DNA of 64,000 nucleotides. It comes from Syntrophales bacterium. GTDB lineage: Bacteria; Desulfobacterota; Syntrophia; Syntrophales; PHBD01. Within the stretch, counting starts at the first letter, position 1. Each line of letters opens with the position of its first letter. Made by a program: the position numbers and the translations under genes. The notes below the pieces were generated by a model. That model saw only the letters and a list, made by a program, of their open reading frames with translations. It was not told where the DNA came from and made no database searches. The stretch spans positions 4,032,001 to 4,096,000 of the forward strand of contig OY764159.1 of the NCBI GenBank assembly GCA_963668175.1. The letters are read 5' to 3'. Shown here piece after piece: positions 31,579 through 42,030 of this stretch.

Positions 31579-33459
31579 TTATGCCGCCTGAATCCTCAGT
31601 TCCTCACGCCCCGATTTCGGCTTGGCAACGTCAATTGCCACTTTCACCGGTTCCGGTTCGTGAACGTCCTCACATCGTCCTCCTTTCAGGAATTCGGAGA
31701 CTATTTGCAGATACTCGGAAAGAAGCTGACGGCTGACGACAAAAATATGCCCGATGTTCTTTTCGATCGTCCGGTTCAAGCCGCCACGCGTCACCATGAC
31801 GTTCCCGTCCTGCTGCAACCCCCAGGTCTGGCTGGCGACGCACGAACCCGGAGGCGCGATGGGGTCACGGGACCCACGGTAATCGAAGATGCACACCCCA
31901 CCCGCGCGCAGGGCATCCAGATTGACCGGCTTCCCGTCCAGATCGGGATTGCTTGAAGGCAGGCAGTAGGTCCCTTCGAAAAGCTGGTTGCCGAGGAAAA
32001 ATTTCTGAATCCATTCCTGGTGTGCCTTTGCCGGGAATTTGGTCCCGTGGGTCAGCCAGTACAGGAAGGGAGCCGAATCTTCTATGGCGTGGGGATAGAT
32101 AGCCCGGCCGTAGAAACCGGAGAGAACCGTATAATGTACGCCGGGCTGAATTTCGTTCATCCCGAAATCGATGACCTGGGGGGGAATATTGACGGCGCCG
32201 AACAGCTCCTTCATGACATAGGCATCGTAATTCTGGCGGATGAAGGACCGCATGGCGCCGTGCCCGCTTTCTTCGTCGTCGAATTTGACGGGAGAGGCCA
32301 TCAACGCCAGCTTGCGAATATCCATCTCCTTCCCCGCAGCCATCCGCTCCTCTGCTCGTCTGGCCAGGTAGGGCACCATCAGGGTCCCTCCCATGCAATA
32401 CCCCATGACGGAGATTTCGGCCCTGGGATGCTTCTTCCTGATAAGCGTCAGATAATGATCGTGAACGGCCTTTCCGAAGTAGTCGAGCCCCAGGCGGGTA
32501 TCATCGGCCCCGGCCTCGCCGAAATCGACGAGATAAATGACATATCCCTCCTTCTGCATGCCTTCGACCACGGATTTGCCCTCGGCAAGATCGAACAATT
32601 CGGGTTTGTTGATCAATGGCGTCGAGAGATAAAGGATCTGACCGTTGGACTTAACACCCGATGGCAAGGGGTAATAACGGAGCCTGACGTTATGCATCTT
32701 CGATCCCCTGACGATTTCGTATCGCGAGAAGCCGATCTTGCCGCGAGTGAAACGCTCCGAATACTCCTTGGGGTCGAAGGCATTGGCCTTGTATAGGCTT
32801 TCGAAACGGAGACGGTTCTCGGCAAGGTACTCCTCGAAGGTCATGGCATCCGTCCCGTCTTTATTCTTTTTCATATAGGGAAGTTCTTCGCCGTCAAGGG
32901 GCGTTTCGGTGATGACCACGAGAAGGGTCTTGAGGAGCTCTTTCATGGCCTTCAGTCTCGTTATCCCCATCGCATTGTAGTTGTGCTCCATCTGGGCGAA
33001 TTCCTGGACATACTCCTTCAGCATCTGATGGCCGTCTTCCGTCGTGGAAATGCGGCGGGCCTTCTCGCGATCGAACTCCCCGTCTTTCATGAAATACCCG
33101 CTGAGATAGTAAAGGAGGCGTGCATAGTTTTTATAGATCCAGCCGTTCAGGTCCCGAAAAAGGTCCGGTTCCCTGCCCGATCGTACGGCAATCCTGGCAT
33201 GGGCCTTGATAGGTTCCGTCACAAGGGCCCGGAAAAAGGTGTTCTGTAAACTCGCCCATACGGATAACGGACCGAACAACTGATAATTCTGGCTGATGGA
33301 TTCAAGGAACTGCTGATACTGAAAAAAGGACTTGGTCTCGGCACCGGCCAGTTTGCTCTTCCAGGGCATGGCCGTAGGAATGCCCCACCGATTGTCGGCA
33401 GGCGTGATACCCATCTGAATTAAAAGACTGCTTGGCGCTATTCTGTCTTCAGCTTCCAT
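31579..33459 (-). CDS. PHA synthase-like alpha/beta hydrolase with long N-terminal extension
   Basis: PLINKPELFDL, GYCMGGT lipase box with Cys nucleophile, DPIAPP, GHI; RBS aggaggg. Confidence 0.75.
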   Translation of the reverse strand: MEAEDRIAPSSLLIQMGITPADNRWGIPTAMPWKSKLAGAETKSFFQYQQFLESISQNYQLFGPLSVWASLQNTFFRALVTEPIKAHARIAVRSGREPDLFRDLNGWIYKNYARLLYYLSGYFMKDGEFDREKARRISTTEDGHQMLKEYVQEFAQMEHNYNAMGITRLKAMKELLKTLLVVITETPLDGEELPYMKKNKDGTDAMTFEEYLAENRLRFESLYKANAFDPKEYSERFTRGKIGFSRYEIVRGSKMHNVRLRYYPLPSGVKSNGQILYLSTPLINKPELFDLAEGKSVVEGMQKEGYVIYLVDFGEAGADDTRLGLDYFGKAVHDHYLTLIRKKHPRAEISVMGYCMGGTLMVPYLARRAEERMAAGKEMDIRKLALMASPVKFDDEESGHGAMRSFIRQNYDAYVMKELFGAVNIPPQVIDFGMNEIQPGVHYTVLSGFYGRAIYPHAIEDSAPFLYWLTHGTKFPAKAHQEWIQKFFLGNQLFEGTYCLPSSNPDLDGKPVNLDALRAGGVCIFDYRGSRDPIAPPGSCVASQTWGLQQDGNVMVTRGGLNRTIEKNIGHIFVVSRQLLSEYLQIVSEFLKGGRCEDVHEPEPVKVAIDVAKPKSGREELRIQAA

Positions 33460-33998
33460 ATATATCCCTCCTGTCTTGCTTATTCAAATTAAGCATTCCG
33501 CAAGGAATGGATTGCCTGATCGCTGATCTTATTCACTCTGCTTTGCTGCCTTGTGAACGGCATCTATGGAAAACTAGCGAATCACTCTAGAATAACTTTG
33601 AACTTTATGGGACCGATTCGGAACAGATCTGTTGTCGCTATAGAGTTCGCGATCAGCGGACGTTGCTGAAAAAAAAGCCGTCCGCACTCACGAATCCCTT
33701 TCATGCGCTAGGGGAAAAAGCGCCGGGACTGCTGCATGAGCGGTGCGTTTGTCAAGCCCGGCTCCAATCTTGAAATGGCTGCCGTACGACAGTAAAAGGT
33801 CCTCTTGGATCTTTTGGGCATATCATATCCGGCAAATGCGGGATATGTCAACTCAATTCTCGATTCCGCCGCGACTGCTGAGGGTCGTATTTCAGGATAC
33901 TGATTACTCCGTTGGTCATTCTCTCCTTGACAGCATGAGCCGGATCATCTTATCTTCATGATATCTTAACGATTACCCGGGAAAAAGGATCCGTCGCC

Positions 33999-34448
33999 AT
34001 GCCCCCCACAACCACCAAGAAAGTTTGTTCCTCCTGCGGCGCAGTTCAGGAATGTTACCGCAATCCCATTCCCACCGTCGACATCATCATCGAAATGGAT
34101 GACCGCCGTATCGTGCTCATCAAGCGGAAAAACCCTCCCTATGGATGGGCCATACCGGGAGGGTTTGTCGATTACGGGGAATCGCTGGAAGACGCCGCCG
34201 TAAGGGAGGCGAGGGAGGAGACGGGACTCGATGTCACGCTGATCAGCCAGATGCATACCTACTCGAAGCCGGACCGGGATCCCCGGCAGCACACGATCAG
34301 CACCGTCTTTACAGCCAGAGCCTCCGGAACACCGAAAGCCCTGGACGATGCCCTGGAAATCGGACTTTTCGATGAGGACCATCTCCCATCCCCCCTGGCA
34401 TTCGATCACCGGTTTATTCTCGGGGACTATTTCCGTTCCCGGCCGTGA
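33999..34448 (+). CDS. NUDIX hydrolase
   Basis: [23 protein letters not shown]udix box; [14 protein letters not shown]. Confidence 0.93.
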   Translation: MPPTTTKKVCSSCGAVQECYRNPIPTVDIIIEMDDRRIVLIKRKNPPYGWAIPGGFVDYGESLEDAAVREAREETGLDVTLISQMHTYSKPDRDPRQHTISTVFTARASGTPKALDDALEIGLFDEDHLPSPLAFDHRFILGDYFRSRP

Positions 34449-34485
34449 CAAACTGGCGACCATGATCCGCACGGACCGCTGGCAA

Positions 34486-36351
34486 TCATACATCTTCGCC
34501 CCACAGGGCGTCCCTCAGTCCGGACGTCCGCTCGATCCGGCGGGCCGCCGCGGCCCGGAAGACCGCCTCGTCGCTCCACAACTCGGCCAGGATCTTCGCC
34601 CTTGTAACGGCCGTATAGATAAGTTCCCTCGTCAGGACGGAATTGTCCCGCTCCGGGAACAGGATCAGGACGCGGTCGTACTCTGACCCCTGACTCTTGT
34701 GGACGGTCATGGCATAGGCGGTTTCATGCTCGGGAAGCCTCAAGGGATGGAATATCCTTATCCCTCCCCCGGCATCCCTGAAGGCTACCTGCAATCCTTC
34801 CGGCGCATCGGGATCGCGAACCATGATGCCGATGTCTCCGTTGAAAAGAGCCATTTGATAATCGTTTCGCGTAACCATGACAGGTTTTCCCGGATAGTAG
34901 CGCGTCCCGGGCGGGATCAGGCGCATCTTCCGCAGCATGTCTTCAACGATGTCGTTGATGCCGACCACGCCGTAGCGTCCCTGTCTCAGCGCACACAATA
35001 TACGGAATGTTTCAAATCGCTCGAAGATTTCAAACGGTTCCAACCCTTCTTCAACCGCTTTAAAGTAGTCAAGAAGAGATTCGCCGACGGCATCTCGCAA
35101 TGCTCCCTGTAATCGGCCCGCTGGGGGCAGCGTCGCCCAACGGACGTCCTGATAATCAGTCCTTCTCAGGATATCCCAGGCGGCAATCCCGTCGCCGTTG
35201 TTCACCGCCTTGCTCAATCGCGCGATGCCGCTCGATTCGCCATAGCGGAAATTCTGTTCGAGGGAAACGATGCCGTCCCGAAGCCCTCCTGCGGCGAGCT
35301 TTGGATCGGAGCCAATCTCCATGGCGGTGAACTCGCAAACCCGGCCGGCAAAATCCCCGGAAAAGAGATTGGGGTTTCCGCTGCCGCAGATATCCCCGAG
35401 AACGGCGCCCGCTTCGACCGAGGCCAGTTGATCCTTGTCCCCCAGGACGATGATTTTAGCCTGCGGACGGACGGCTTCAACCAATTTGGAGAAAAGCGGC
35501 AGGGCGATCATGGAAGCTTCGTCGACGACCACGACGTCGTAAGGAAGGGGGTTCCCGGCGTTATGGCGGAAGTAGGGCGATCGAGGAATGGTTCCCAGAA
35601 GCCGATGCACCGTCGACGTCTTATCGGGAATGGCGGTGCGGATATCCTCGGAGCAGGCGAGTTTCTCCTTCGCACGGCCGACGGCCTCCTGCAAGCGGAC
35701 GGCGGCCTTCCCGGTAGGTGCCGCAAGGGCGATCCGCAACGGCTTCCCCTTGGCCTGTTCGAGCAGGAGCGCCAGAATCTTGGCCACGGTCGTCGTTTTG
35801 CCCGTTCCGGGACTGCCGGAAATGACGGTGAAGCTGTTCAGGACGGCCGATACGGCGGCCACCGCCCGCCAATCGGCGCCCGGCGCCGGTTTGGAAAGAA
35901 AAAACCTGGAAAGTCCGTCCTTCAGCAATGTGGCATCCAATCCCGGCAGTATGGACGCAGATCTTGGTCCTGTAACGCGCCGGAGGATATGATCGATGAG
36001 GCTCGTTTCATACTTCCAGTAGCGGTAGAGATACAATCGCGACTTGTCGTCGAGAATCAAAGGCCTGTAATCGCCCGGCCTTCCCACAACATCGGCGGAT
36101 TCCAGACAGGCCCTCCACGATCCGGCATCAGGACAGACAACCGTATCATGACCGCCATCTCCTCTCCTCACAATCCTTCCCGCAACATCGGAAAGCCGAA
36201 TGCAGATATGGCCGTTCCTGGTGTCTGAGCTGACAAGGGCCGCTGCCAGATAAAGCGCTTCGCTTTCGCTGCCGGATAAATCCTGCATGAACCGGGCAAA
36301 GACCGCATCCAGTTCGTTTAATTCCGCTTCAATGACGCGCTCCGTCTTCAT
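34486..36351 (-). CDS. recD: Exodeoxyribonuclease V alpha subunit
   Basis: GSPGTGKTT, DEASM, GDKDQLASV, TVHKSQGSE, YTAVTRA. Confidence 0.96.
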   Translation of the reverse strand: MKTERVIEAELNELDAVFARFMQDLSGSESEALYLAAALVSSDTRNGHICIRLSDVAGRIVRRGDGGHDTVVCPDAGSWRACLESADVVGRPGDYRPLILDDKSRLYLYRYWKYETSLIDHILRRVTGPRSASILPGLDATLLKDGLSRFFLSKPAPGADWRAVAAVSAVLNSFTVISGSPGTGKTTTVAKILALLLEQAKGKPLRIALAAPTGKAAVRLQEAVGRAKEKLACSEDIRTAIPDKTSTVHRLLGTIPRSPYFRHNAGNPLPYDVVVVDEASMIALPLFSKLVEAVRPQAKIIVLGDKDQLASVEAGAVLGDICGSGNPNLFSGDFAGRVCEFTAMEIGSDPKLAAGGLRDGIVSLEQNFRYGESSGIARLSKAVNNGDGIAAWDILRRTDYQDVRWATLPPAGRLQGALRDAVGESLLDYFKAVEEGLEPFEIFERFETFRILCALRQGRYGVVGINDIVEDMLRKMRLIPPGTRYYPGKPVMVTRNDYQMALFNGDIGIMVRDPDAPEGLQVAFRDAGGGIRIFHPLRLPEHETAYAMTVHKSQGSEYDRVLILFPERDNSVLTRELIYTAVTRAKILAELWSDEAVFRAAAARRIERTSGLRDALWGEDV

Positions 36352-36363
36352 GCCCCTCGTCCC

Positions 36364-39300
36364 TTATGAATCCGCAATGAGTTTCGAACACAATGTTTCT
36401 ATGTTCTTCTGCCCGGGCAGATCGTAATACACGCCGCATGTGGGTCCCGTGGACGGGTCGAGGCCCCTCAGGAAAAGATAATAGACGCCGCCGAAGTGCC
36501 GGCTATATTCATAACCGGGCAGGCGGACCTGAAGGTAGCGGTGAAGGGCGACTGTATACAGATGATACTGGAGAAAATAGAAACTGCCGCTCATAACCCC
36601 GGATAAGGCCTCCCGGTTGTAGGATTCCAGACGGTCTCCCAGGTAATTCGACTTCCAGTCCACCAGAAAATAGCGGTCCTGATGGCGGAAGATCATATCC
36701 ATGAAACCCCGCATGTAGCCGCTTGTCGTGCTGAAACGAAGGCGCCCCATCTGCTCCCGGACAACGTCCGGAATTCCCCCGATGCCGCAATCGGCAAACA
36801 GGCCGGACAGGCTTTGGGTCGATATGGAACGCAGGGGGAAGTAGAAGCCCATTTCGTCCATTCGCCCGTTTGATCCGATGGAAGACAGCTTCAGGGGGTC
36901 GTCCGCAGCATCGAGGGGGCAGTCGATCATATTGTTGAACATGCGCAAAACGGCCCCTTCCCAGCCTGGATCGAATCCATGTTCCTTAAGGACATTGCAG
37001 ATAGTCAGGCTGACCGTCTCGTCTTTCCGATCGCGGAAATCGAGTTTTTCCAACAGGGCATGGAGGCATGTTCCGGCCCTCGTTCCCCTGGGAAAATCCA
37101 GAATATTGCCGCTGATTCGTGGAGAGGCATTCTCGCCGGGGCCGGCAAACGGACCGGACCGATCTTCGGCCGCAAGCGAATCGTGGTCGGGAAGATCGCT
37201 GCTTTGGGGCCGTCCCGAAACGAGAAAAGAGAAACTGGTCACCTTCCAGGTACGATCGATCCTGCCGCCGAACGTCCGGCAGGCAAGCATCTCCCCTCCT
37301 TTCACGGACCGGCTGTACGGAAAGCTGCGTCCCTCCGGCATGACGGATACGGAAAGGCATCCTCCCGATTGCCCGGCCAGTTTGACCAAATCCTCATACA
37401 TGTCCTTATCGGACAGCGCTTTATAATCTTCTACCATGGCCGGGATAGAACCGTCTGCGGCCGGTTTCCGCCGGTCGTGAAGCAGGTAGAACGGGGCTGA
37501 CGTCCCCGCCTGGTTGAAGCGGCCCCAGACGAAGCAGCATCTATGTTTCGCCCTGGTAAGGGCAACGTAGAGCAGCCGGATGTTTTCGCCGAGCAATTCC
37601 CGGACGGCGTAGTTCTTATGTTCATCGACACGTTCCGAACCGAGATCGCACACGGGGAGCCGGCCATCGCTTTCATCGTGAAAAAGAAAGGGCGTTTTCC
37701 TGATTTCGGCACCGTCCCAGGCGAAGGGGCAGAACACAACCGGATACTCCAGCCCCTTGCTCTTATGGATGGTGATGATTTTGACGGCGTTGTCATCGCT
37801 TTCAAGACGCATCTGGTGCTCTTCCCGGACCGTTCCTTCATGGCGCCTCTGCGCCGCCAGCCATTTCAGGAGACCGGTCATGCCAAGATTTCCTTCCACG
37901 GTTTCGCGATGCAGGATCTCGGAAAGCTGCAGGAGATTGGTCAATCTCCGCTCCCCGTCCTGCAGGGCAAGAAGCCTGCCCCGAACGCCCTCGGAACCGA
38001 GCCATTGCCGGAACATCTTCATGAATCCCCTCTCCCGCCATAACTCATGATATCTCTTGAAACGTTCCAGATACCCTCCCCATGCCGTTTCATCGGTCAT
38101 GAGCCGGTCGAGCTCCGATCCGCTGACGCCCATAACGCCCGTGGCCAGCGCCCGGCGAATCTTCCGCTCATTGCCGGGCTCGGCGGCTGCGGCTAGGATC
38201 AGTTCGATCTCCTCCGCCTCGCAAGAGGTGAAAATATTGTCGGCACTGCTGACGACACAGGGAATGCCGAGGGAACGCAGGGCTTCCTGCATTCTCAGCA
38301 CATCCCTGTTCTTCCTGACCAGGACGGCTATGTCGCCCGCCGTCAGGGGTTGATCTCCGATATGGGCCTTTCCCTGTCTGGCAAAATCAAGGAGGCGGGA
38401 TATCTCCGCCGCGACGGCCCGGGTAACGCGCTGCCTGGCTTCTTGTTTATTCATCGGCCGGTCGGATTCGGAAGGAACGAACCATACTGTCAAAGGCGCA
38501 TCTTCCTGCGGACCGAGACGGCAGGAGGTACGCTCGGAAGCCACTCCCGCTTCCGCGGGATAAAAGCCGATCTCGTCGTAAAGGAACGGGTTCTCCCTGC
38601 GGGAGAAGAGGGCATTGACGGCGCCGATGAGCTTCGCGTCCGCGCGCCAGTTCTTCCTCATGCTGTACCTGGCATCGACATGGGCCGCCGCTTTCATATA
38701 GGCAAACAGATCGGCCCCGCGGAAACTGTAGATGGCCTGTTTGGGATCGCCGATCAGGAAGAGGATATTGCCCCCTTCGCCGAAGACGGACTGGATGATG
38801 GCATATTGGGCGGGATCCGTATCCTGAAATTCGTCGACGAGGGCCGCCTTGTATTTTTCTCGGATGGCTGCTGCGAGGGTTACGCCTGTCCGCCCCGTCA
38901 GTGCCGATTTCAGGCGGGTCAGCAGATCGTCATAGAAGAGGATGTTCATCTCTGTCTTCCGGGCCGGCAGTTCGCGGCGGACCGTACGGATCAATTCAGC
39001 CTTCAGAAAGAGGAGGTATCGGTCGAGGAGATTCTTCAGGGCATCCGCCTTTTCCCGGATCGATTGACACAAAGGGAATACGTCATGAACCGGCGGATTG
39101 CAGCCTTTTTTCATCGAACACGCCAGTTTCTCCGTCGTGAACTTCTCGATCTCATCGGGCGGGAGGAAATAACGTCCCGGGGATGACAGATAGCCGTCGA
39201 CGGCCGTCATGAACCGGTCGACGCGTTGTCCATAGATGTTGGCCTTGAGCCCGGGGTCCGTCAGTTTATCCCGCACTTCTTCCCTGGATTCCGGCCAGGC

Positions 39301-39981
39301 GGCGGCAAGGCGGCTGAAATCGGTTTTAATCGCGTCAAGGAGTACCTTTATAGTGTCCATCGACGGGACTTCGACATCAGGAACGACGCGGGTATCGCCA
39401 TCCAGTGCTTTATCCGGCACAAGGTCATACAGGGCTTCGGGGTGAAGGCCGTTCATCAGCACGTATCCGCCAATCTCGGGAAGGGCGTCGTAAAGATGGG
39501 TCCGCCAGAAATCCTCGACGATCTCCCTCTTGATATCTTCCTGATCGGTGACCATCCTGGCGTCGAAGAATGTGCCGCTTTCGAAAGCGTGCTCCTGCAG
39601 CATCCTCTGGCAGAATCCGTGGATCGTATAAACGGCGGCCTCGTCGAAATTACGCAGGCTGTCCTGCAAGCGGCCGAGGACGACGCGGCGGTCCCGCTCG
39701 TTCGGGCAGCGGGCGACCAGTTCCTCGAGAAAGGGATCTCCGCTTCTTCCTTCGGAAAATGCCGAGACAGCGTCCTTGAGATTCCTGCGTATCCTGCCTT
39801 TCAGCTCCTCGGTCGCGGCAACGGTGTAGGTCATCACGAGGATTTGTCCGGGAACAAGCCCCTTTTCCGCAACCAGGCGGACATAGAGGCCGGCGACGGC
39901 ATAGGTCTTTCCCGTCCCGGCCGCAGCTTCGATCAGGTTGATTCCCGCAAGGGGACATTCAATCAAGTCAAATTCTTTCAT
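36364..39981 (-). CDS. recB: Exodeoxyribonuclease V beta subunit
   Basis: EAAAGTGKT, DEFQDTD, GDPKQAIYSFRGAD, TIHKSKGLE; nuclease GFMD...VDWKSN. Confidence 0.96.
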   Translation of the reverse strand: MKEFDLIECPLAGINLIEAAAGTGKTYAVAGLYVRLVAEKGLVPGQILVMTYTVAATEELKGRIRRNLKDAVSAFSEGRSGDPFLEELVARCPNERDRRVVLGRLQDSLRNFDEAAVYTIHGFCQRMLQEHAFESGTFFDARMVTDQEDIKREIVEDFWRTHLYDALPEIGGYVLMNGLHPEALYDLVPDKALDGDTRVVPDVEVPSMDTIKVLLDAIKTDFSRLAAAWPESREEVRDKLTDPGLKANIYGQRVDRFMTAVDGYLSSPGRYFLPPDEIEKFTTEKLACSMKKGCNPPVHDVFPLCQSIREKADALKNLLDRYLLFLKAELIRTVRRELPARKTEMNILFYDDLLTRLKSALTGRTGVTLAAAIREKYKAALVDEFQDTDPAQYAIIQSVFGEGGNILFLIGDPKQAIYSFRGADLFAYMKAAAHVDARYSMRKNWRADAKLIGAVNALFSRRENPFLYDEIGFYPAEAGVASERTSCRLGPQEDAPLTVWFVPSESDRPMNKQEARQRVTRAVAAEISRLLDFARQGKAHIGDQPLTAGDIAVLVRKNRDVLRMQEALRSLGIPCVVSSADNIFTSCEAEEIELILAAAAEPGNERKIRRALATGVMGVSGSELDRLMTDETAWGGYLERFKRYHELWRERGFMKMFRQWLGSEGVRGRLLALQDGERRLTNLLQLSEILHRETVEGNLGMTGLLKWLAAQRRHEGTVREEHQMRLESDDNAVKIITIHKSKGLEYPVVFCPFAWDGAEIRKTPFLFHDESDGRLPVCDLGSERVDEHKNYAVRELLGENIRLLYVALTRAKHRCCFVWGRFNQAGTSAPFYLLHDRRKPAADGSIPAMVEDYKALSDKDMYEDLVKLAGQSGGCLSVSVMPEGRSFPYSRSVKGGEMLACRTFGGRIDRTWKVTSFSFLVSGRPQSSDLPDHDSLAAEDRSGPFAGPGENASPRISGNILDFPRGTRAGTCLHALLEKLDFRDRKDETVSLTICNVLKEHGFDPGWEGAVLRMFNNMIDCPLDAADDPLKLSSIGSNGRMDEMGFYFPLRSISTQSLSGLFADCGIGGIPDVVREQMGRLRFSTTSGYMRGFMDMIFRHQDRYFLVDWKSNYLGDRLESYNREALSGVMSGSFYFLQYHLYTVALHRYLQVRLPGYEYSRHFGGVYYLFLRGLDPSTGPTCGVYYDLPGQKNIETLCSKLIADS

Positions 39982-40245
39982 GGCATAAGCGTCCGAACGG
40001 CATGCGGATATCTCGTCCGTGTCTCAACATTCTTGAACCGGCATCTTCCCCCATTTCGCCGACTTGAAATTAACATCCTCTTAAGGTAAGAGACTAAAGA
40101 TCATGGCGCAAAAGGAGAGAAACCCGACTTTATTGATATTTTCCCGTACCGGGACTATAGAGCAGGCCCCTGGCCGTGTCAACGGAAAAGGACCGGATCA
40201 CGTTCCGGTTCATGGAGAAGAATCAAAGCGCAAAAGAGGGATACA

Positions 40246-40797
40246 ATGATATTCAAAGCCATAGAATACGCCACCAAGGTCCATTCAGGGCAATACCGCA
40301 AAGCGACCCGGATACCCTACATCATTCATCCCCTCGCCGTCGCCCGGATTCTGATCGAACAAGAGTCGCGTACGGAGGTTGTTTGTGCAGGCATTCTGCA
40401 CGATACCCTGGAGGACACGCGGGCAACCGTCGAGGAAATCGACCTGCTGTTCGGGAAGGAAGTGGCCGATCTGGTCCAATCCGTATCGGAGCCGAACAAG
40501 TCGGATCATACCTGGGAAAATCGCAAGTCTTACACGCTCAAACACTTGAGGTCGGCACCACCCGAGACGCTGCTCATCACCCTGGCCGACAAGTTCGACA
40601 ATATCATGTCCATCCGCAGCGATTACGACCGAATGGGGGAAACCCTCTGGAAGCGTTTCAACCGGCCGAAAGAGAAACAGCAATGGTACTACGAGGCCTT
40701 GGCAATCCTCTTTTCCGAACGGATGAGTCACGGCGGCTTCGCGATCCTCGCCCGCCAGTTCAAGACCGAAGTGGAGCTTGTCTTTAAAAAGGCATGA
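40246..40797 (+). CDS. HD-domain small alarmone hydrolase-like protein (Mesh1/SpoT HD type)
   Basis: HSGQYRK...PYIIHP, ILHDTLEDT, LADKFDN. Confidence 0.88.
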   Translation: MIFKAIEYATKVHSGQYRKATRIPYIIHPLAVARILIEQESRTEVVCAGILHDTLEDTRATVEEIDLLFGKEVADLVQSVSEPNKSDHTWENRKSYTLKHLRSAPPETLLITLADKFDNIMSIRSDYDRMGETLWKRFNRPKEKQQWYYEALAILFSERMSHGGFAILARQFKTEVELVFKKA

Positions 40798-40886
40798 TCC
40801 CCCGGCCGCAACGTCGAGGCATCAAGGCCGGCCCATGATGCGGCAGGCAGCACGCATCTTGTAAGCCGAAACCTATTATCCCCCTA

Positions 40887-41135
40887 TCACTTGCCGTAAT
40901 ACTTGACAAGGGCGTCCTTGACGGCTTTCTCTTCCTCGGGCGTTAGCTTGAGGCCCCGGGCTTTCATGCCAAATACGATGCCGTCCCACTCCTCCGCCGT
41001 CCGCTTTTTCTGATAGACCACCGACGATGAATGGCAGGACGAACATTTCTGCTCGAGAATTTCCGGCTTGCCCGAGCACCCAAAGAGAAAGACGGCCAGA
41101 AGCGGCCAGAAGACATATCTCGTAATACGCATCAT
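40887..41135 (-). CDS. Small monoheme c-type cytochrome lipoprotein
   Basis: Lipobox LFGC, heme motif CSSCH, downstream W..IV..M; RBS aggagg. Confidence 0.8.
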   Translation of the reverse strand: MMRITRYVFWPLLAVFLFGCSGKPEILEQKCSSCHSSSVVYQKKRTAEEWDGIVFGMKARGLKLTPEEEKAVKDALVKYYGK

Positions 41136-41218
41136 AGTGCCTCCTTGAAGACATTCGATTTATTACATGATATACGGACGCAGGGCTGCCTGCAATAGAA
41201 AAACCTCCGGGATACCGC

Positions 41219-42001
41219 TTACTGAATGACAAAATCGAAGTAGCGATCGGGATAGGGCTCCTTTTGCAAAGTGAAGTGCCACCATTCTTCAGGCAGGTTC
41301 TTAAAACCATGCTTGTCCATGAGCACTTTCAGGAGCATCCGGTTGATGCGATGCCTGAGAACGACATCCCTGTTTTCCGGGTGGGAAAGCTCGTGGAAGC
41401 AGTCGAATCCGGTCCCCATGTCGATGCTGTTGTCCTTGAACCGCTTATCCGCCGGAAGAAAACACTCCGCGAGCTCCTGACCGGGGACATACGCCTCCTG
41501 CTCGGGCTCCGGCAGGGGAACGATGGTCAAATCGACAGTACTGCCCCGGCTGTGCCCCGAACGACTGGCAATATAGCCGTCCCGGAACAGATTCTTCTTG
41601 TCGACGGTCGGATAGAATTCCTTCTTCGTTTTGATATCGGAGACGTCCTTCGCCCAACGGACAAAATGATCGACGGCCCGTTGTGGGCGATAGCAGTCGT
41701 AGACCTTCAATGTCAAACCGAACCGGTTCAGTTCCACCTGCACACGGGAAAGGGCAAGGGCCGCATCCCTCGTCAGGATGCACTTCGGGGCCTGATAACC
41801 GTCCACTTGCTGCCCCACGAAATTATGGGGTCCAAAATAGCGGATATCGAGAAGAATTGAAGGCGCCACATCCCGGAGGTCCGCAAATCCATCCGGAAGG
41901 CGGCTTTCCGGGCGGGCAGACGGAGGTAAAGCAGCGCGGGTTATCAGAATCGCCATGAGGCAAAAAACATATATTTTAGCATTCAGACCCGTCCTTGTCA
42001 T
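41219..42001 (-). CDS. ddpX: D-alanyl-D-alanine dipeptidase (M15D, VanX/DdpX family)
   Basis: YDCYRPQ, SGHSRGSTVDLT, DMGTGFD, EWWHF; N-terminal signal-like segment. Confidence 0.9.
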   Translation of the reverse strand: MTRTGLNAKIYVFCLMAILITRAALPPSARPESRLPDGFADLRDVAPSILLDIRYFGPHNFVGQQVDGYQAPKCILTRDAALALSRVQVELNRFGLTLKVYDCYRPQRAVDHFVRWAKDVSDIKTKKEFYPTVDKKNLFRDGYIASRSGHSRGSTVDLTIVPLPEPEQEAYVPGQELAECFLPADKRFKDNSIDMGTGFDCFHELSHPENRDVVLRHRINRMLLKVLMDKHGFKNLPEEWWHFTLQKEPYPDRYFDFVIQ

Positions 42002-42030
42002 GCTTACTCCTTTCCTGTTCCATCCTCGCA

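Noticed and set aside
41219..42001. Vancomycin resistance cluster
   Set aside because: Only a VanX/DdpX-family peptidase; no vanA/vanH/vanRS nearby
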